Source: Prasinococcaceae sp. CCMP 1430 | Lineage: Eukaryota > Plantae > Prasinodermophyta | NCBI GenBank assembly: GCA_013416795.1 | Contig: RQSC01000017.1 | Span: forward strand, 167,967-191,704 | Reading direction: 5' to 3' | DNA: 23,738 nt | In this document: positions 17,894 through 23,738 of the stretch, one piece after another | How positions within the stretch are numbered: the first letter of the stretch is position 1 | How the letters are laid out: each line of letters begins with the position of its first letter | Made by a program: the position numbers and the translations under genes | The notes under the pieces: model-generated | What the model was told of the DNA's origin: nothing | Seen by the model: the letters and a program-made list of their open reading frames with translations, nothing else | The model's database searches: none

Positions 17894-19242
17894 ATGCTCG
17901 CGGTGCTCGCAGACGGCGCGCGGATGGCGCCGGCCGGCGGGGCGCCCGCGCGGACGGTGTACTTGATGCGCCACTGCGTGCGGTCGGTCTTTCCAAACCT
18001 GCAGGGGCGTGGCGCGGCCGGCTTCGACCACTACGCGAACTATACGTCGCACGGCCCGTTGCCGGACTGGGGCACCCCGCCGTCGTACTGCACGCCGCGC
18101 GGCGTGGAGCTCATCAAGGGGGAGGGAGCGTACCTCGCCGACGAGCTCAAGCAGGCCATGGGGAAGCCGGGCGTAATCAAGGTCGGGCGCGGCGCGATGG
18201 CGGGATGCGCGAGAGCGAGCGCCCGAGCGCGCATCCTGCGCGTGCTCCGCCCGCGGGCCGAGGCTGACGCACCCCTGCGTGCCCTCCGTCCCCTCGCTTG
18301 CGCGCGCAGGTCGTCGAGGACGCGAGCGCCCACCGTGACCTCACGACCGCCGCCGCCCTTCTCGAAGGCGCAGGGCTCACGACCGCGCGCGTGGGTACCG
18401 CCAACGCCCCGCTCTTCGACCCCGCGAAGGCGGGCTTCTGCCCTTACCCGACCAGCCCCCAGTACGTGCGCGCCATCGAAGCCAACCTCGCGTCCACGCC
18501 GAAGCTCGACGACGCCGACGAGCTGCTCGCGCGCATGCAAGCGGCGCTCGGCAAGGGCGTGGCGCCGCCCATCCCCGAGATAAACAACACGATTGTGCTG
18601 GAGGGCTACTGGGAGGGCGGGATGTACATGGCCTCGGAGTGGGCTGAGGCGTTCCTGCTTCAGTACGGCTCGGGCATCGAAGTCGGCTACGGCCGCGTGT
18701 CTGTCGACGACGTGTACGACTACATGCGACTGCACACGTACTACCGCGCGGTGAACGACCGCCCGTACCTCATCGAGCAGCGCGGCCAGTCCGACCTGCT
18801 CGCGCACATGCTGTGGGACCTGCACGACAACACAAGCAAGCTGCGCCGGACGGCCGACGCGCGCTCCTCGGACGCACCCGGCGCCTCCGACGCGCTCGCA
18901 TCTGTCTACGTGGGCCACGACACCAACATAGACGGCATCAACGTGCTGCTGAATCTCACATGGGACGCGGCGCCCTACCCGCGGGACGCCACCCCGCCGG
19001 GCTCGATGCTCCGCCTGCGCGCGGACGACGGCGGCGTGACGGCAGCGTTCCTGTACGCCACCTTCGAGGAGGGCTCGGTGGGCGCGCTGACGGAGGTGCC
19101 CGCGCTCTTCGACGGCGTGAGTGACACGGTGACGCGCGCCGACTTCAACATGCGCGCAGGCTTCGCGATTGACTGGGACTGCGTGCGCGACACTCCCAAC
19201 GGCGAGGGCGCGTGGGGAGCGGGAGCCGCGGCCTTCGCTTGA
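17894..19242 (+). CDS. Histidine acid phosphatase/phytase (AppA/Agp-like); exons 17894(start uncertain)-18181 and 18310-19242
   Basis: YLMRHCVRS (RHGxRxP-type, 17969-17986), GVIK|VVEDASAHRDLTTA, YVGHDTNI (HD at 18916-18921), ATPPGSML. Intron 18182-18309 is GT..GCTGAC..GCAG, phase 0. The leader is hydrophobic. Confidence 0.82.
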
Positions 19243-19652
19243 GCGGCGCCCACACCAGCTTAATATCGATCAATAATTCTTGCGCGCGGAGAGGCACGGC
19301 GCGCGGCGCGACGCCAACTTGAAGAAGGGGACCGGCGCCGACAGACGAGTGCGCGCGGAGGGGGCTTGCGAGGACGTGCGCGATGTGATCGAATCCACGG
19401 TGGAGGGCGCATCCCGCGAGGCGCTGCCGACGGGTGTTGAGCTCGCGTTCGGGGCGGAGGTGGCGGCTCGCTGCCCGCGGTGGCGCCATGGTGGTGGCGG
19501 GCTCGTCGTGGCGCGGGGGGTGGACGCGGTGAGACACGAAATGAAAAGCAGAAATAACAACTTGCTGGCAACCGCGCAGTGTCTAGTAGGGCGTTAGGTT
19601 TTTGCACTTTGCAGCCTAGCTAGGGGCGGGGCCTGAAGGGCACGCTGCCAAT

Positions 19653-20063
19653 CTAGTAGCCAGGGGGCTTGCTGACGATGAAGGAGAGGCACTGCACCTG
19701 GCGGACCGAGTCGAAGCCGATCATGCGGATGTACGCGTTGGGGTACGCCCTCTTGCACTGCTGGATCTCGTCGAGCACCTGGCCGGGGTTGTTGCAGCCG
19801 TACATGGGCAGCTTCCACATCATCCAGTAGCGGCCGTCCTGGTAGCCCGGCTGCGCGGTCTTCACGAAGTCCTCCGAGCGATGGAGCAGCGCGCGCGGGC
19901 CCTCATCGAACTCGATGCACGGCGTCCAGCCCGACGACACGCAGTACTCGACCTGCCTGGCGATGTCCTGGTCCGACAGAGGAGGGAGGAACGAGAAGGT
20001 CTCGTAGTTCATAGTCGGGGGCCACACCTGCATGGCCTTGGGGGCCTTGGGCGCCACGCGCGC
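19653..20063 (-). CDS. RBCS: Rubisco small subunit copy 1 (5' end in gap)
   Basis: [77 protein letters not shown]. Confidence 0.97.
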   Translation of the reverse strand, partial: ARVAPKAPKAMQVWPPTMNYETFSFLPPLSDQDIARQVEYCVSSGWTPCIEFDEGPRALLHRSEDFVKTAQPGYQDGRYWMMWKLPMYGCNNPGQVLDEIQQCKRAYPNAYIRMIGFDSVRQVQCLSFIVSKPPGY

Positions 20064-20789
20064 NNNNNNNNNNNNNNNNNNNNNNNNNNNNNNNNNNNNN
20101 NNNNNNNNNNNNNNNNNNNNNNNNNNNNNNNNNNNNNNNNNNNNNNNNNNNNNNNNNNNNNNNNNNNNNNNNNNNNNNNNNNNNNNNNNNNNNNNNNNNN
20201 NNNNNNNNNNNNNNNNNNNNNNNNNNNNNNNNNNNNNNNNNNNNNNNNNNNNNNNNNNNNNNNNNNNNNNNNNNNNNNNNNNNNNNNNNNNNNNNNNNNN
20301 NNNNNNNNNNNNNNNNNNNNNNNNNNNNNNNNNNNNNNNNNNNNNNNNNNNNNNNNNNNNNNNNNNNNNNNNNNNNNNNNNNNNNNNNNNNNNNNNNNNN
20401 NNNNNNNNNNNNNNNNNNNNNNNNNNNNNNNNNNNNNNNNNNNNNNNNNNNNNNNNNNNNNNNNNNNNNNNNNNNNNNNNNNNNNNNNNNNNNNNNNNNN
20501 NNNNNNNNNNNNNNNNACGTGTGGCTGACGGCGCGCGCCGACCGCGCACGCGCACGCCAGCGCGCGCGCGAGTGCGAGCACGCGAGCGAGCGAGCAAGCG
20601 CGCAGGCGCGACGTGCGGTCCTCAGGCCGACTCGAGTCTGGCGACGCCGGGCGTGCGCATGGGTTTTGAGCTAGCGGAGGAAGGTGGGGTGGCGCCCGCG
20701 CCTCCTTGGGCCCTGCCGGGGCGCAGCAGGGCGCCGCCGCGGCCGCCAGGTGCAAACTTGACGGCGCGAAGTGGCGACGGTTTTCTCGT

Positions 20790-20850
20790 CCTTATCCATT
20801 TGCATGCGCGCGCCGGCGCCGCGGGCGGGGTGGCGCGCGCGGTCTTATCC
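20790..20850. promoter_or_regulatory. Two I-box-like motifs (GGATAAG) in the shared rbcS promoter
   Basis: CCTTATCCA at 20790-20798 and CTTATCC at 20844-20850. Confidence 0.4.
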
Positions 20851-21034
20851 GCGCTTGTCTGCGGGTCTGAATGCGCAGGCGCAATGTTAGGGCGCATGTG
20901 CGCGCGCTGCTGCTGCCGCTGCTAGCGCGCGCGCGCGCGCGGGTCTGTACGTACTACGTACGCGTGCGCGCGCCGCGTCCGGCCACACCGCGCGCGCACG
21001 ACACCCGCACATCTCCCACCGCCCTTCGCACACG

Positions 21035-21529
21035 ATGGCCTCCGCCGTCATGTCCGCCGCCGCCGTCAAGCCCGCCGCCGCCGCGGCGCGCGTGGCGCCC
21101 AAGGCCCCCAAGGCCATGCAGGTGTGGGCCCCGACTATGAACTACGAGACCTTCTCGTTCCTCCCTCCCCTGTCGGACCAGGACATCGCCAGGCAGGTCG
21201 AGTACTGCGTGTCGTCGGGCTGGACGCCGTGCATCGAGTTCGACGAGGGGCCGCGTGCGCTGCTCCACCGTTCGTCGGACTTCGTGAAGACGGCGCAGCC
21301 GGGCTACCAGGACGGCCGCTACTGGATGATGTGGAAGCTGCCCATGTACGGCTGCAACAACCCCGGCCAGGTGCTCGACGAGATCCAGCAGTGCAAGAGG
21401 GCGTACCCCAACGCGTACATCCGCATGATCGGCTTCGACTCGGTCCGCCAGGTGCAGTGCCTCTCCTTCATCGTCAGCAAGCCCGGTGGCGCGGCCGGCG
21501 GCGGCGGCGGCGGCTACGGTGGCTGGTAG
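21035..21529 (+). CDS. RBCS: Rubisco small subunit copy 2, complete, intronless, 164 aa with transit peptide
   Basis: Ala-rich transit peptide then [49 protein letters not shown] at 21612-21616. Confidence 0.98.
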   Translation: MASAVMSAAAVKPAAAAARVAPKAPKAMQVWAPTMNYETFSFLPPLSDQDIARQVEYCVSSGWTPCIEFDEGPRALLHRSSDFVKTAQPGYQDGRYWMMWKLPMYGCNNPGQVLDEIQQCKRAYPNAYIRMIGFDSVRQVQCLSFIVSKPGGAAGGGGGGYGGW

Positions 21530-21791
21530 ATCATCACAATGCGACGACCGCTTGTATCCTTAGGGTAGTGCGCACGCACACACTTGGGCTCTTGTTGGCG
21601 CATAGAGCTGCTGTAATCACCACAGCCGCATTATTATACACGACTTTTGAACGCACACAACACACTCACTCGACGCGGCGAGCGCTGCAAGGACGCTCGT
21701 GCTGCCTTTGCCGCTACCGCGCAGGTATGTTACGTGCGGGCGCGGGTCGGCACCACGCACTTGCAGGCAGCGCGCGCCGCGCGGCGCACGC

Positions 21792-23738
21792 CTAGAGGAG
21801 GCCGCCGAACTGACAGCGCATGGCGGTGGCGCGCACGAAGGAGCGCACACGTGTCAGCGAGAGATATGCCCACCCTACCGCACCCCTGCGGGGTGCCACG
21901 CGCGCTGCGCTCACGCGCACGCACGCGCGCGCCGGCAGGGCCAGGGACGCATTCTGGCAGCGGCTCACCTCGTCGAACTCCGGCAGCGGCGCGTTGGGGT
22001 CGCCCGCCTTGAGGTTGTCCATACCATCCACCACCCTCGCGCCCACGATCTTGTCGCCCGGCCGCAGGTCGCCCAGGAACTCAGCGCCCTCCACCACGTA
22101 TCCGAAGGTCGAGTAGCTGCCGTCGAGCAGGTTGAGGCCCGTGGGCGTGATCTCACTCTCCTTGAGCAGCACGAAGAACTGAGAGCTGCCGCTGTTGTTG
22201 TTGAACTGCTCGCGCGCCATCGCCACGGTGCCGAAGGCGTTGAATGGCAGCTGCGGCGTGTCAAGCGTGTAGCCGAGGTCCTCGAAGGTCGCCTCGTAGA
22301 TGGGGTCCTGTCGGTTCCGGATGCGGCGCAAAGTGCAACGGGGCGCGCAAGTCAGCCCTTGCAGCGCGCGCACGAGCACCGGCTGCGCACGCGGGCGCGG
22401 CAGCCCCCTCGCGCGCACAGCTCATGCGCGCGCGCACCTTGTCGACGGTGCGCTTGATCTCAAGCGGCACGTTGCGCAGCGCGTCCTCGCGCTCGGGGTC
22501 GAGGAAGCCGTGCGGGCCCTTGCGAGGGTCAGGATCGCCCGTCTGCACCACGAAGTCGTCGGCGCGCTGGACATCCATGCCGTCGTAGAAGCCCTTGGAC
22601 ACTAGGTCGACGAACTGCCCGCTGGTAATCGGCGCGCTGTAGCCGTCGACGTCGATCACGAACGTGACGCGGAGCGTGTCTTGGGCGTTGTAGTTGGTGC
22701 CACCCTTCTTGCCCTCGTTGCGGAGGTAGTACGAGGTCGAGACATTGCCCACGCTCGCAGAGATCACGCGGCCCTTGGTGGAGATGTCCACGTCAATCGC
22801 CACGGTCGCGCGCCCCTCAAGGCGCGGCAGAGCGGCGTACTTGTCCGGGATCGACACGGGGAAGCCATCCACCATCATGGCCTCAACAGCTCCCATCTTC
22901 CGCAGGATGTCCTTGGACGCCTCCGAGATCTGGTCCTTGGGGCCCACGCCACCTAGTCGAGCGAAGATTGAGTTAGCACGGTATGCGGGATTGTGTGTCC
23001 GTGCCGGCGAGCCGCGCGAAGGAGCAGCGCTGCGACAGGTGCGCACGCGCGTACGCACCCTTGTTGTTGTCCTTCTTCGTGGAAACGTCATCCTTCAACG
23101 CGACGAGATCGGCCGAAATGTCGTCGAGAATCGCCGCAGCGGCGGTCTTGTTGGTCGAGGTCACATCCTACGCGCCGCCGGCACGAGCGCACGCGCGTCA
23201 GCTGCTGAGCAAGCACGTAGCGCGCGCGCGCGCGCAAGGTCGACGCCCGCTCACACCCACGCGCACGGGTCTGCGCGCACCTTGAGGATTGCGTTGCGGT
23301 CCTTCTTGATGACGCCGTTGGCGCTCTCCGCCGCTTTGATGATGCTGTTGAACCCCTTCGTGCCGGGCGTCTTGAGTTTTTCTGGCACCTCCTCCAGGAT
23401 GGCCTGCACCTCGCGCGAGGGCTCGTTGGAGATGGGCAGGGCGTAGCGCAGGAGCGCCTCGGGGTCCTTCGCGAGCGCGCGAGTGCGCGTCAGGGTCCAA
23501 TCCAGGCACAGCGCGCGCGCACGCGCGCGGGGAGGGCTGGGTTTGTTCGCGCGCGAGCGTCGCGATGGCGGGAGCGGACCTTCGCGCCGGCGCCCTTGCC
23601 GCCCTCTCCCGTGATGAGACGCGCAACCTCGGGCACGGCGGGGTTGGCGGCGAGCGCGGCCGCTGCCTCCGCAGGCGGCGGAAGCGCCGCGCCGACGCTG
23701 CCGACGCCGACGGCGATGGCGGCGCCCGCCGCGACGAG
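21792..23738 (-). CDS. CYP38: Thylakoid lumen cyclophilin CYP38/TLP40; exons 23738(partial)-23580, 23466-23281, 23167-23059, 22952-22438, 22307-21969, 21809-21792
   Basis: The spliced frame is continuous: lumenal signal ..AEA, AK|DPEALLRYALPI, MVDGFP, DGYSAPITSGQFVDLV, FVVQTGDP, VPLEI, PFNAFGTVAMARE, SGSSQFF, LLDG.Y..FGYV, FDE|FGGLL*. All five introns are GT-AG with branch points and consistent phases. Confidence 0.93.

Noticed and set aside
19260-19610. Short ORFs between the phosphatase and rbcS1
   Set aside because: No recognisable domain or splice signals; more likely convergent 3' UTR or intergenic sequence, though a small gene cannot be excluded.

Overview
This is eukaryotic nuclear DNA from a very GC-rich green alga. 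The lineage call (prasinophyte-grade) is inferred from nuclear rbcS, EFL, a plant-type double Ddl, short GT-AG introns with GCTGAC branch points and TGTAA poly(A) signals. It is a gene-dense draft scaffold with four N-gaps and one single N. In order it contains: ubiquitin-RPL40 (-), a TOR HEAT-repeat fragment in frame with a CONSTANS-like B-box/CCT gene (+), a J-domain gene (-), RPS8 (+), a tandem-domain D-Ala-D-Ala ligase (+), a 90-nt 3' end of a second EFL (-), a 5'-truncated alpha/beta hydrolase (+), EFL (-), an orphan VPS10/BNR-like exon in frame with ALDH22 (+), an AppA/Agp-like histidine acid phosphatase (+), two head-to-head rbcS genes, and CYP38/TLP40 (-). The strongest biological lead is the apparent TOR-HEAT/B-box/CCT chimeric ORF. 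The most striking sequence signal is two exactly 55-nt blocks in EFL that are complemented but not reversed. These almost certainly come from assembly software, so every chimeric junction here needs read-level confirmation. No tRNA, rRNA, CRISPR array or transposon is supported.
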